From a virus (taxonomy: Duplodnaviria; Heunggongvirae; Uroviricota; Caudoviricetes): a DNA stretch of 64,000 bases. The stretch spans positions 26,650 to 90,649 of IMG/VR virus record IMGVR_UViG_3300037418_002962. The stretch is one strand, 5' to 3'. Shown here piece by piece: positions 9,060 to 18,152 of the stretch (the first letter of the stretch is position 1; each line of letters begins with the position of its first letter). The notes below the pieces were generated by a model that was not told the DNA's origin, ran no database searches, and worked only from the letters and a program-made list of their open reading frames with translations. The translations under genes were made by a program, and so were the position numbers.

Positions 9060-10115
9060 ATGGCAAACACAAGTTTTTCACAACTAAAAAGAAACTCTAA
9101 GAAGAATTTAGAGACACTAACAAAAGAAGCTCAGAAGCTCGTAAATAAACCATCATTCGATGATGATCGTTTCTGGAAGCCAACAATCAACAAAGATGGA
9201 AATGGGTCAGCAGTAATTCGCTTCCTTGATGCACCAGAAGGTGAAGAAGTACCATTCGTAAAGTACTACAAGCACAATTTCAAAAATCCAAAGACAAATC
9301 AGTGGTATATTGAAAATTCAAGAACTAGTCTTGGCAATAATGAACCAGATCCTTGCGGGGAATATAACAGCAAGCTCTGGGCAACTGGTATTGAATCAAA
9401 CAAGAAGATTGCCAGAGATCAGAAGAGAAAGCAAGTATTCGTTTCTAACATTTATGTTGTAAATGATCCTGCAAAGCCAGAATGTAATGGCAAAGTATTT
9501 CTATATGAATACGGGGCCGCTATTTTCGGTATTCTCAATGATGCTATGCATCCTGTTGATGATGGTTCAGGCGAAGTTCCAGATCCAATTAATCCATTCT
9601 CATTATTTGAGGGTGCTAATCTAAAGCTAAAGATTAGAAGTGTTGAATCTGACATTAATGGTTCAAAGAAGAAGCTTCCAAACTATGAAAAGAGTACTTT
9701 TGATGAGGTTGGGCCACTTCTTCCAGATGAGGATGATATGGAAGCAGTATGGAATCAGTGCCATAAGCTACAACCATTCCTTGACCCAAGCAACTTTAAA
9801 TCATATGAGCAGCTAAAGGCAAGGCTTGACAAGGTTCTAGGACTAAATTCAAATACTGCTCATGAAGATCCACAGGAAGTAGAAACTCCTTATAGCAAGA
9901 ATTCTCAAAGACCAAATTGGAAGGGTTCTGCAGGGGAAGATGAGGATGATGACGATATTCCCTTTACTGTCGCAAAGAGAGTAAAGGAAGTAGAGCCTGA
10001 TGAAGATGATACTCCAGGAGATTCCGAAGATGATGAACCATCAGCAGTAGTTGATGACGATGAGGATGAAGGAATGTCATTTTTCAAAAAATTGGCCGAG
10101 AAGAGCAAGAAATAA
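9060..10115 (+). CDS. gp32: Single-stranded DNA-binding protein gp32
   Basis: DDRFWKP..KDGNGSAVIRFL, WYIENS, EGANLKLKIR, FKSYEQLKARL, acidic C-terminal tail. Confidence 0.97.
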   Translation: MANTSFSQLKRNSKKNLETLTKEAQKLVNKPSFDDDRFWKPTINKDGNGSAVIRFLDAPEGEEVPFVKYYKHNFKNPKTNQWYIENSRTSLGNNEPDPCGEYNSKLWATGIESNKKIARDQKRKQVFVSNIYVVNDPAKPECNGKVFLYEYGAAIFGILNDAMHPVDDGSGEVPDPINPFSLFEGANLKLKIRSVESDINGSKKKLPNYEKSTFDEVGPLLPDEDDMEAVWNQCHKLQPFLDPSNFKSYEQLKARLDKVLGLNSNTAHEDPQEVETPYSKNSQRPNWKGSAGEDEDDDDIPFTVAKRVKEVEPDEDDTPGDSEDDEPSAVVDDDEDEGMSFFKKLAEKSKK

Positions 10116-10130
10116 GCGGTCTTAAACTCA

Positions 10131-10160
10131 GGAGGGACTTAATGGTCCCTCCATTTTTAT
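10131..10160 (+). terminator. Intrinsic terminator after gp32
   Basis: GGAGGGAC-ttaatg-GTCCCTCC followed by a T tract. Confidence 0.8.
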
Positions 10161-10171
10161 CATGGAGGTAG

Positions 10172-10618
10172 TTGGTGGGTAGTAATATAGATTGGGAAAA
10201 TATTAAAAATGATCCTGAATTAACTGCAAAAATTGTTGCAATTATTGAGCAGAGAGAACTAGAACAAAAACTAATGGAAAGTTATGCTGATAGGTTTACA
10301 AATAATCCAAATTTTGGTAAACCAAATCCCATAAAAATCAACAGAAATCAGAAAATGATTTATAAAGCAATTTTGGAAGCATCTGAAAAGTTAAGTGATG
10401 CTTTATCTAAATTTACTGAAGTAGAAGAAAATGGAACTGTAAATTATACAATTGATCAAGAATATATCAATATAGCTTTAATCAGTATAAATGCAATTGC
10501 AAAAGGTCTTGAATTTCTATCAGAGTATGGAGAAAATTCCAAGGGAGATGTAACCATTCCTTTATCTGAAAGATTAAACGATATTATTAAGAAGCATAAG
10601 GAGAGCTTTAAACAATGA
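10172..10618 (+). CDS. Hypothetical protein
   Basis: 148-aa ORF after GGAGG RBS. Confidence 0.65.
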   Translation: MVGSNIDWENIKNDPELTAKIVAIIEQRELEQKLMESYADRFTNNPNFGKPNPIKINRNQKMIYKAILEASEKLSDALSKFTEVEENGTVNYTIDQEYINIALISINAIAKGLEFLSEYGENSKGDVTIPLSERLNDIIKKHKESFKQ

Positions 10619-10995
10619 AATTTTCAATTAGTAAATTTGGTAAAACATTAAATTATGAAATGTCAGATGATTTTTTAGGAACTGAATTTGAGGATGAGAT
10701 TCATGAAACAATGGATAAACAATTTGATATTGAACTTCAGAGAGAAAATCTAAAGACAGTTCTTAATGACGTGAAAGAGTTGGTTGAGAAAACAGATGAT
10801 AGATTTGGTCCCTACAATAGCGCCCATGAAGGCTATGCAGTACTATTAGAGGAACTTGATGAACTCTGGGATATCGTAAAGACTAAACAGCAAAATAGAG
10901 ATCTGAACAAAATGTATAGAGAAGCCTTGGATGTTGCCTCTTGTGCTATTAGATTTGCCAGAGATCTATGCAATGAAGAAAGAGGCAGAATTTAA
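10615..10995 (+). CDS. MazG-like all-alpha NTP pyrophosphatase
   Basis: SAHEGYAVLLEELDELW..EALDVA acidic helix motifs. Confidence 0.65.
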   Translation: MKFSISKFGKTLNYEMSDDFLGTEFEDEIHETMDKQFDIELQRENLKTVLNDVKELVEKTDDRFGPYNSAHEGYAVLLEELDELWDIVKTKQQNRDLNKMYREALDVASCAIRFARDLCNEERGRI

Positions 10996-11205
10996 ATGAA
11001 AGCATTGCGTGTCAAAACCATTAGAATGGCTAAGAATGGTCCTGATGGTGAAAATATGATAAATTATGAATGGGGAATTATGGTAGATCCTTCTAGAGGG
11101 GGAGTAAAGCCTATATTTATTGATATGGATGGAAACATTATTTCTTATCCATATGATGTTAGAGATGAGGCCAGAGAAGGCGCTTTTACAGTGAGAGATA
11201 TATGA
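10996..11205 (+). CDS. Hypothetical protein
   Basis: Operon-packed ORF. Confidence 0.6.
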   Translation: MKALRVKTIRMAKNGPDGENMINYEWGIMVDPSRGGVKPIFIDMDGNIISYPYDVRDEAREGAFTVRDI

Positions 11206-11669
11206 TAGTTGATTTTGATGAATCCTACACATACGTTTTAAATCTTGGAAGACCAGATTTTACTTGTGATAAACATTATGAATATTGGACAGAAATATTC
11301 AATCTAATTGAAACCACAGATATTAAAATTATGGTAAACTCCCTTTACCGTACCATGAAAGAATATTGTGAAAATAAAAAGGGATATCTTGGTGGAGGAT
11401 TTAAATTCAATTTCTGGTTTGAAACTGAATCTGACTTACTTGAATTTGCCTATCAGTACCACAAAATTTCTATAAAATATGATTATCATATTGTTTTAAA
11501 TAGAGAACGGGCGGAAAAATACGTTAGCTTTCTAGAAACAAAAGGACTATTTAAAACCGAAGCTTTCCAGCAATGGATAAGAATTATGGAAATGAATAAA
11601 TTCCATATGCAAGATTACATTTATATGCCTAAATGGCTATTAACCGATCATGGAGAAACAAATGACTGA
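11202..11669 (+). CDS. Hypothetical protein
   Basis: ATGA overlap. Confidence 0.65.
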   Translation: MIVDFDESYTYVLNLGRPDFTCDKHYEYWTEIFNLIETTDIKIMVNSLYRTMKEYCENKKGYLGGGFKFNFWFETESDLLEFAYQYHKISIKYDYHIVLNRERAEKYVSFLETKGLFKTEAFQQWIRIMEMNKFHMQDYIYMPKWLLTDHGETND

Positions 11670-12000
11670 TATTTTTACAAGATTCAAGGAACATGTTGAG
11701 TTTAGAGCAAAGAGAATGCCAACAGACATTGAGGATCTTCTTCATGGTGCTGTAGGAATTGCTGGTGAGGCAGGAGAACTTGTTGATGCAGTAAAGAAAA
11801 CTTGGGCATATGGTCAGCCTCTTGATGCCCAAAATGTTGTTGAGGAACTTGGTGATCTTCTATTTTATGTTCAGCATATGGCAAATAAGCAGGGAGTTTC
11901 TTTACAGTATCTTCTAGAGGAAAATATTGTTAAACTGACCAAGAGATTTCCTAATGGTTACTCGAATGCTGATGCAATTGCCAGAGCAGATAAGGAATAA
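11662..12000 (+). CDS. mazG: MazG-like nucleotide pyrophosphohydrolase
   Basis: LHGAVGIAGEAGELVDAVKK...EELGDLLFY...NIVKLTKRFP. Confidence 0.88.
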   Translation: MTDIFTRFKEHVEFRAKRMPTDIEDLLHGAVGIAGEAGELVDAVKKTWAYGQPLDAQNVVEELGDLLFYVQHMANKQGVSLQYLLEENIVKLTKRFPNGYSNADAIARADKE

Positions 12001-12218
12001 TGACTGAAACTGTTATTGCTCGTTGCACGCTTTGCTATGAATTAATTTATTCTGATGAAGATTATGTAGATAATGGTTATGGTGGCAAAGAGCATAGAGA
12101 TTGTTATGATGGCAAGAGATTTAACAGATGCTCTCAATGTGAAGCAGAAATTACAGAAGATGATTTACAAAACATTGATGATACCTCTTATCCAATGTTA
12201 AAACATATTGCGTGCTAG
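12000..12218 (+). CDS. Small Cys-rich (zinc-binding) protein
   Basis: CxxC pairs and HxxC. Confidence 0.6.
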   Translation: MTETVIARCTLCYELIYSDEDYVDNGYGGKEHRDCYDGKRFNRCSQCEAEITEDDLQNIDDTSYPMLKHIAC

Positions 12219-12400
12219 GAAAAACAATGGGAACCAGTTATAGCGATAAAATCCATGTCCTAGAGGAAGTGATTTCTTTTCTAGAAGGTCTTAGACAAGA
12301 ACGTTTCTTGAGTGCTGCTAAAGATAATATTCTCAAATATGCTGATATCTTATCAGAAATTTGCGAGGATCTTGGCAGACTGGAAGACCTGGAATATTAA
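12212..12400 (+). CDS. Hypothetical protein
   Basis: Coupled ORF. Confidence 0.5.
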   Translation: MLGKTMGTSYSDKIHVLEEVISFLEGLRQERFLSAAKDNILKYADILSEICEDLGRLEDLEY

Positions 12401-12414
12401 ATTTTCTGGGACTG

Positions 12415-12442
12415 TTGACATACCTTTAAGATATGTTATTAT
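12415..12442 (+). promoter_or_regulatory. Early promoter, copy 1 of a repeated motif
   Basis: TTGACA-tacctttaagatatgt-TATTAT, extended -10. Confidence 0.8.
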
Positions 12443-12472
12443 CTCTCTATAGACAAACCAGAGAGATTTGAA

Positions 12473-12673
12473 ATGAAAACTCATCTAGCAGTTTCAAAGG
12501 TTAGCCCATTTGGTGGGACTTTGACTACTACTCTTTGTGGAAATATGAGTGGTAAATCAGTTGATGGAATGAATTCTGGTGAAGGTCACTCTGTCACATG
12601 CAAAAATTGCCTGAAAATTATGGCTGATAAGAAACATTGGCGTTACCGTAAATATCTTGTTCCTAAGAGTTGA
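12473..12673 (+). CDS. Small Cys-containing early protein
   Basis: LCG...VTCKNC. Confidence 0.65.
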   Translation: MKTHLAVSKVSPFGGTLTTTLCGNMSGKSVDGMNSGEGHSVTCKNCLKIMADKKHWRYRKYLVPKS

Positions 12674-12697
12674 CATGCCTTTAAGATATGTTATTAT
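12670..12697 (+). promoter_or_regulatory. Early promoter, copy 2
   Basis: TTGACA-tgcctttaagatatgt-TATTAT. Confidence 0.8.
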
Positions 12698-12727
12698 CCT
12701 TGAATTGATAAACACAAGAGATTTAAG

Positions 12728-12970
12728 ATGAATAAGGAACTGACTGCTCTTGAATTGCTTGCTACTCGTAGCACAGAGGCATTGTGTATGGCTCATCAGA
12801 TCAAGGATGAAACAATTACAAAACAGCCTTTTAATATGGCTTCATATCGCGAAGGCCAAGCAATAGCTTTTTCTGATGCTCATAAGATTATGGAAAAGGA
12901 GTTGCGTAGGTTATGCAATCTCTTCCAGAATGGTGCATTATCAATTGATAGCTTCAATATAGTTTTGTAA
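12728..12970 (+). CDS. Hypothetical early protein
   Basis: ORF directly after promoter copy 2. Confidence 0.6.
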   Translation: MNKELTALELLATRSTEALCMAHQIKDETITKQPFNMASYREGQAIAFSDAHKIMEKELRRLCNLFQNGALSIDSFNIVL

Positions 12971-12975
12971 GGCTA

Positions 12976-13003
12976 TTGACATATCTTTAGAATATGCTAT
13001 TAT
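12976..13003 (+). promoter_or_regulatory. Early promoter, copy 3
   Basis: TTGACA-tatctttagaatatgc-TATTAT. Confidence 0.8.
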
Positions 13004-13039
13004 CTCTTTGTTGAAACCAATGAACGAAGTGAGTTCCAA

Positions 13040-13456
13040 ATGGCTTACATTTCTCAGGAAAAGAAGTCTCAGATTGCTCCTAAGGTTAAGGAGATTCTGA
13101 AAAAGTATGGTCTGAAGGGTTCTCTTTCTATCCATCACCATTCGGCCCTGCAGTTGACAATTAAGTATGGTGAGATTGATTTCCTCAAGAACTATAACGA
13201 GAATCATGAGAAGAATGCTTGGAAAGACCCTTACAAGTCTGAACCTGCTAAGGAAGCTTATTTCCAGTGCAATTTGTACCATCTGGGCAACAGCTTTTCT
13301 GGCAAGGCTTTGAAGGCTCTTGAGGAACTGAAGGAAGCCATGAATGAAGGTAATTTTGATGATAGCGACCCTCAGACAGATTACTTCAATGTTGGATGGT
13401 ACTGCTACATTCATGTTGGCAAGTGGAACCATCCTTACGAATTCACAGGGAATTAA
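13040..13456 (+). CDS. Conserved phage early protein (possibly LPD29-like)
   Basis: C-terminal FDDSDPQTDYF motif recalled from polyvalent-protein domains; not verified. Confidence 0.55.
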   Translation: MAYISQEKKSQIAPKVKEILKKYGLKGSLSIHHHSALQLTIKYGEIDFLKNYNENHEKNAWKDPYKSEPAKEAYFQCNLYHLGNSFSGKALKALEELKEAMNEGNFDDSDPQTDYFNVGWYCYIHVGKWNHPYEFTGN

Positions 13457-13516
13457 GGCTCATGAAGTGCTCAGAACTGATTAAAATTAGAGGCTTTGAA
13501 ACGTAAGGATTAAACA

Positions 13517-13714
13517 ATGAGGTACCTTGTACAGATTTCCGACAATCGCACAGATTTTAAAACTCTTAGTGCTTTTGATAAGCTTGATAAAGCACAGAAA
13601 GATTTAACGGATAGGGTTCTGATGGCTGATTATAAGTCCTTCAGAATTATTGACACGGAATCGCGAGACCTTTTAATTATCAATTATTATGAACGGAAAG
13701 TGAATGATAATTAA
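13517..13714 (+). CDS. Hypothetical protein
   Basis: ORF in the early-gene run. Confidence 0.55.
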   Translation: MRYLVQISDNRTDFKTLSAFDKLDKAQKDLTDRVLMADYKSFRIIDTESRDLLIINYYERKVNDN

Positions 13715-13852
13715 GATTGGTAACGATCAATCACATTTAACTGGATTTTTCTATAAAGGAAGACAGCCAGCCTCTAGTATATATTGGAGATGTTTTAGAT
13801 TGCCCTTTAAGAAATGGTTTTGGATATCTCTCTAAGAAAGGAATAAAATAAT

Positions 13853-14233
13853 ATGGCTAAATTTAAAGCAGGAGATAAGATTCAGTATAAGTACAAGACT
13901 TATGAGCCTATGATTGTCAAGTTTGTAAGTGATGATATGGACCCTGTTTATCTGACCAACTCTTACGGTAAAAACGCAATTTACTCTCAAAATTATATCG
14001 ATGAGAACTATGAATTAATTCCAGTAGAGATTGAGGTTGGCAAGGAATATATTGATATTTTTGATGCTACTTGCTCATATTTGTGTTTGGCTAAATTTAA
14101 AAGTTCCTGTTTGGCTAAATTTAAAAGTTCCCAAGATGTTAATGTCATTGCTTATGACAAATTTGTCGATGATGAACCTTATGGGTTTGGATGTGTTGGT
14201 GAGACAAGCTTCAGGAAAGCAGTTGGAATTTGA
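13853..14233 (+). CDS. Hypothetical protein with an internal 8-aa duplication
   Basis: CLAKFKSS x2. Confidence 0.65.
   Translation: MAKFKAGDKIQYKYKTYEPMIVKFVSDDMDPVYLTNSYGKNAIYSQNYIDENYELIPVEIEVGKEYIDIFDATCSYLCLAKFKSSCLAKFKSSQDVNVIAYDKFVDDEPYGFGCVGETSFRKAVGI
14084..14131. repeat. Perfect 24-bp tandem duplication
   Basis: TGTTTGGCTAAATTTAAAAGTTCC x2. Confidence 0.95.
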
Positions 14234-14442
14234 GGATGTCTATTGAAGTTGGACAAAGTTATAAGGATGTTGACTTTCTTACAAATTTCTATAAGATAGT
14301 TTCAGTATTTGATGTGCATGGAATTGGTTATTTGGTTTATGTGGAGTATTTTTCAGGCCAGTCACGCGCACCAGAGCTTGTATCTGTAGAAAGGTTTGAA
14401 AATATGATTAAATTTCGTAAGTTGGAATTAGTAAATGCCTAA
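14230..14442 (+). CDS. Hypothetical protein
   Basis: Coupled ORF; IEVGQSYKD resembles IEVGKEYID of the previous gene. Confidence 0.55.
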   Translation: MRMSIEVGQSYKDVDFLTNFYKIVSVFDVHGIGYLVYVEYFSGQSRAPELVSVERFENMIKFRKLELVNA

Positions 14443-15001
14443 CACATTCATTGTTTCTGACCATCATTTCGGCCATGCCAAGACTACTGATGGAACGTTC
14501 AAGCATAAGTCTGGTGCGAATCTTCGTCCTTTCAAGGATGTGGATGAGATGAACTATGTGCTTATTTCTAGACATAACGCTGTTGTTAGTCCTTCAGACA
14601 CGGTAATTTTTCTGGGTGATGTGGTAATCAACAAGAAGTTTCTGCCATGTGTTCTGGAAATGAATGGCAGGAAGAAACTTGTCCAGGGCAATCATGATCT
14701 TCACCATAAGGGTGTAAATCTTGGAGATTATTTTGAGAAGGTTTGTTCTATGTATGAGCTTTCTGATATGATCTTGACGCATATTGCTATTAATGCTCAT
14801 TGCGTGGATCGTTTCAAAACTAATGTCCACGGGCATAGTCATGACATGTTTATTCCAGACCCAAGATTCCTTTGCGTGAGCGTTGAGCATACGAATTATA
14901 CTCCTTTGAGTTTGGATGAGATTCGTGCTCGGATTGCAGAGAACCATGAGCATTTTAAAAATACTGGAAATGTTATTGACTTTTCTGCAAGGTACGTTTA
15001 A
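14435..15001 (+). CDS. Calcineurin-like phosphoesterase
   Basis: Motifs SDHHFGH, LGDVV, GNHD, LTH, HGHSH. Confidence 0.9.
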   Translation: MPNTFIVSDHHFGHAKTTDGTFKHKSGANLRPFKDVDEMNYVLISRHNAVVSPSDTVIFLGDVVINKKFLPCVLEMNGRKKLVQGNHDLHHKGVNLGDYFEKVCSMYELSDMILTHIAINAHCVDRFKTNVHGHSHDMFIPDPRFLCVSVEHTNYTPLSLDEIRARIAENHEHFKNTGNVIDFSARYV

Positions 15002-15009
15002 ATAAATTG

Positions 15010-15106
15010 CGGCTCTAGCACGTTAGCTGTGCGGAAGGGATTTATATCCCCTTATTGGCGGTAGATCACCGTTTACGGGAGAGGGCAGCACTCTCAGGGC
15101 CGACCA
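15010..15106 (+). tRNA. Atypical tRNA, probable anticodon UAU, with long variable arm and GGCAGCA T-loop
   Basis: Acceptor CGGCTCT/AGGGCCG + A + CCA; D stem GCAC/GTGC; loop TTTATAT; variable stem GGCGGT/ACCGTT; T stem GAGAG/CTCTC. Confidence 0.75.
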
Positions 15107-15126
15107 AAAACTTTTAGGTTAAGGAA

Positions 15127-15429
15127 ATGTTATCTCAAAGAGACATTGTAGAAATTAGAAAGTTGCTACAAGAAACTCAGATGCTTGCAGTAAAATATTG
15201 TGGACCAATATATGCAAATTGGTCTAGAAGACTATTATTTTATGATGCAGATTTCCTCTATTATACAGGAGAAATCATGACTGTCAGTGAGTACATTCAA
15301 GGTTCATATAAAGATAAGCTTAAAAGGATTATAGAAATTTTGAGTGAATCTGATTGTCATGTTGGAACGGTTGTGAAAAGGCCATATTTTACGAAACTTT
15401 ATGAAAGCAAGAAGTATTATGTTTCTTAA
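15127..15429 (+). CDS. Hypothetical protein
   Basis: AAGGA RBS. Confidence 0.6.
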   Translation: MLSQRDIVEIRKLLQETQMLAVKYCGPIYANWSRRLLFYDADFLYYTGEIMTVSEYIQGSYKDKLKRIIEILSESDCHVGTVVKRPYFTKLYESKKYYVS

Positions 15430-15715
15430 GAAACCTTCAAAAAAGCTTGGCAAATTTCTTGATGGATTGGAATTTCTTCCATCTGATGATGGTAAAACTA
15501 TTATTAGAGCAAAGGTTCCATCTATAACCAAAAATCCCGATAACATCAGCCTGAATGATACAGAACAAGAAGCTTATGATAATTTTTATAATAAGCATAA
15601 GCATGGTACAGTTCATTTGCATATGGTAGCTGATTCTGGTCTAGGTAGAAATTGGGATGTTAGATGCACTCATTGTAAGAAAACTCAGGATATTACCGAT
15701 TATTCTTGTTGGTAA
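15401..15715 (+). CDS. Hypothetical protein with CxxC and terminal DITDYSCW
   Basis: Sequence motif; start uncertain. Confidence 0.6.
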   Translation: MKARSIMFLKKPSKKLGKFLDGLEFLPSDDGKTIIRAKVPSITKNPDNISLNDTEQEAYDNFYNKHKHGTVHLHMVADSGLGRNWDVRCTHCKKTQDITDYSCW

Positions 15716-15718
15716 CGC

Positions 15719-15747
15719 TTGACAACTCTCTAAAATTACTTTATATT
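15719..15747 (+). promoter_or_regulatory. Sigma70-type early promoter
   Basis: TTGACA-N17-TATATT. Confidence 0.7.
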
Positions 15748-15771
15748 CCTCTCATGAACACGGAGGAAGAA

Positions 15772-16146
15772 ATGACCAATTTCGTTCTTAATTCACAGGA
15801 TGCTGATTTCTATTCGGATCTGTTCAAGAGCGTTTATGGATTTCGGCCGAGAGGGCCACTGATTAACTTCCCTTCTCAGGAGCGGTTTGATGAAGAGGTT
15901 CAGTGCCTCATTGATGAATCAAATCTGCAGCTTGAACAGGAAGAGCGTGACTTTAAGGCTGCTCTGGAGCGTTATGAGACTCGTATTGATGGGTTGATGA
16001 AATCCTTTAGCCTTACTCGCAAGGATGCTATCCGTTGGGATATGCAAGCAGAAGGCCATGAAGAGTGGGATATGGATGCTTATCTGTATTATCAGGGACT
16101 CAATTGTTCCGATAGCAATCGGATCATGGAGGAATTTAAATCATGA
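15772..16146 (+). CDS. Hypothetical early protein (start moved from 15706)
   Basis: GGAGG RBS before ATG 15772; YSDLFKSVYGFRPR. Confidence 0.7.
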   Translation: MTNFVLNSQDADFYSDLFKSVYGFRPRGPLINFPSQERFDEEVQCLIDESNLQLEQEERDFKAALERYETRIDGLMKSFSLTRKDAIRWDMQAEGHEEWDMDAYLYYQGLNCSDSNRIMEEFKS

Positions 16147-16352
16147 TAGTTTATGTGACTTGCATTGAAGATGATATGAAGGTCGAAAATTCCAATGTTT
16201 TTAGTAGCTTGGAAAAGGCCAAGGAACACTTTGATCCTGGTAATTGCTTTTCATGGCATGGAGATAATCCAATGTACTTGAAAGTTGGAGATTATGTCTA
16301 TACAGAAGCATTAGGTACTATTTTTTATATTTTTATTAAGGAAATGGATTGA
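16143..16352 (+). CDS. Hypothetical protein
   Basis: ATGA overlap. Confidence 0.6.
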   Translation: MIVYVTCIEDDMKVENSNVFSSLEKAKEHFDPGNCFSWHGDNPMYLKVGDYVYTEALGTIFYIFIKEMD

Positions 16353-16377
16353 CAGAGTTGTAAAATAGATTTATAGT
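16349..16377 (+). promoter_or_regulatory. Sigma70-type early promoter
   Basis: TTGACA-N17-TATAGT. Confidence 0.7.
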
Positions 16378-16403
16378 CTTTTTACAAACTTTGGAGAGAC
16401 AAA

Positions 16404-16592
16404 ATGCCCAAGCAAACTTCTACAATGAAAATTGAGCAGGTTGATATTGATGTCTGTTATGGTGATTATGATGGGCATGTAACTCGTGATATCTTTGTTG
16501 TTACCTTTTACAAGGATAATGAGAGATATGATTGTGGCTGTTATAAGACTAAAGAAGCTGCAGAAACAGCAATGAAAGAGTGGAATAGTTAA
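16404..16592 (+). CDS. Hypothetical protein
   Basis: GGAG RBS. Confidence 0.6.
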   Translation: MPKQTSTMKIEQVDIDVCYGDYDGHVTRDIFVVTFYKDNERYDCGCYKTKEAAETAMKEWNS

Positions 16593-16811
16593 ATGACTAA
16601 TGTTTTTATCTCCTTTTTTGAAGGAGATTCGCCAGAACGATTTGAAGTTTTTGATTCTCTAGAAAAGGCCGAAAATAATTTTAAAGATTATTTTAAATAT
16701 GCAGAGAATCAGGATTATGGATGGACCATCCATTATTTTTGTGGAGTAAAGCATTATTTGTATTCAGCATCTCCAAAAGATTGTTGGATTATTGAAAAGG
16801 AACTGCAATAA
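16593..16811 (+). CDS. Hypothetical protein
   Basis: Packed ORF; VFDSLEKA resembles VFSSLEKA of 16143..16352. Confidence 0.6.
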   Translation: MTNVFISFFEGDSPERFEVFDSLEKAENNFKDYFKYAENQDYGWTIHYFCGVKHYLYSASPKDCWIIEKELQ

Positions 16812-17281
16812 TGATTCTTGAAGATGTGTCTGAATTTAATCATGAGCGAGAAATCTTCAAGGTAGGCCCTGGAGGTTATGCATTCTGTAAAGTCATTGGA
16901 CAGTTGGTTGATGAAAACAATAATCTAATCGCCATGGTCTGTGAATATACCCATAAATTCGGATATATGGAAGGCCAGACTGAAAGATTTCCTTGCAAAA
17001 CTGGTTACGGAACCTGGATGAAACTTGATAGTTTTTATCTTGATTTTCTGTATCCAGAAATGAAAAATTATGAAATTAGAAAGTTTACTCTAGAGGAAAA
17101 GAAAATTGCTTTTCTGGAAGGAAGACTTCAAATTCATGAAATTTATCCTGATAAGAATCCATATGAGGATAATGATGTTCTCAAATATGAATTTATTAAG
17201 GGCATGAAGGAACAGATTCGTAAGGAAAAGTTTATTAAGTCAATGAAAGAATCTATTGCAAAAGAGGAAAAGGGAAATTAG
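16811..17281 (+). CDS. Hypothetical protein
   Basis: TAATG overlap. Confidence 0.65.
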   Translation: MILEDVSEFNHEREIFKVGPGGYAFCKVIGQLVDENNNLIAMVCEYTHKFGYMEGQTERFPCKTGYGTWMKLDSFYLDFLYPEMKNYEIRKFTLEEKKIAFLEGRLQIHEIYPDKNPYEDNDVLKYEFIKGMKEQIRKEKFIKSMKESIAKEEKGN

Positions 17282-17557
17282 ATGATTTTATTTTTTGTTA
17301 TGATATACATTATCGGGGTTATATTTTTCTATTCTGCAAATCTAGCATACTGGCAAAACAAATATTCACGTATTGCTTATATGGAAAGGCATAATGATAT
17401 TTTTATGTCTGCTTGTTATTCAATACTTCCTTTTTGTTGGCCTGCCTCATTTATTCTACTGGTTAAGTCTCGCTTCCAATATGGATTTCAATTCCTGCCT
17501 AATAAGCCTGAATGGACATCAATAAATGGGCCATTTTATTATGAGGATATGAAATGA
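17282..17557 (+). CDS. Small membrane protein
   Basis: Two hydrophobic segments. Confidence 0.6.
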   Translation: MILFFVMIYIIGVIFFYSANLAYWQNKYSRIAYMERHNDIFMSACYSILPFCWPASFILLVKSRFQYGFQFLPNKPEWTSINGPFYYEDMK

Positions 17558-17850
17558 GCCAATATCCTTGGATGAATATGCTTTTAAAAGGATTTAAGGA
17601 GCAATATGCTGCTCTTTACAGCCACGATAAACTGCAATATTATACACCAGAAAAATTACACTCTGCTTTCCAAATTTGGTATGTTGCGTATGTTCATGCT
17701 CTGTCTGGAGCATCTGAGGATTGTAGAATTAGAAATTTCATTGATATGAAGAAAGTTTTTGATTCTCAGGCATATTTAATAAAGAACGATATTGAAAATT
17801 TTAACGAAGAAAATTTCGTGAAGGATTTTGATAAGAATGTGCAGATATGA
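17554..17850 (+). CDS. Hypothetical protein
   Basis: ATGA overlap. Confidence 0.6.
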   Translation: MSQYPWMNMLLKGFKEQYAALYSHDKLQYYTPEKLHSAFQIWYVAYVHALSGASEDCRIRNFIDMKKVFDSQAYLIKNDIENFNEENFVKDFDKNVQI

Positions 17851-18152
17851 ACACGACTGAGCTTTTATACTTAGAGAAATGCTCAACAAGATACAATGTC
17901 CGTCCTGGTGAAATATGCGGAATGGGGAAAGAATCTACAACCTCTTGGACTACTATTCCTGAACCTTTGGTTGATATCGTAAATAGATTAGCATACAACA
18001 GTTCATTAAAACATGAAGATAATCTCGAATGGATTTATGGAACTGAAGAGTTCCGGGTACGTGAAGATTGGACTTCATGGATTGGTGAACCAATGTTTTT
18101 CATATACGATATCGAAATAATTCCTGTGAATGAGAATACTGACAATGAATAA
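17847..18152 (+). CDS. Hypothetical protein
   Basis: ATGA overlap. Confidence 0.6.
   Translation: MNTTELLYLEKCSTRYNVRPGEICGMGKESTTSWTTIPEPLVDIVNRLAYNSSLKHEDNLEWIYGTEEFRVREDWTSWIGEPMFFIYDIEIIPVNENTDNE

Noticed and set aside
15010-15106. tRNA-Sec or tRNA-Pyl
   Set aside because: 7/5 fold and UAU loop, not UCA or CUA; no sel or pyl genes in the window
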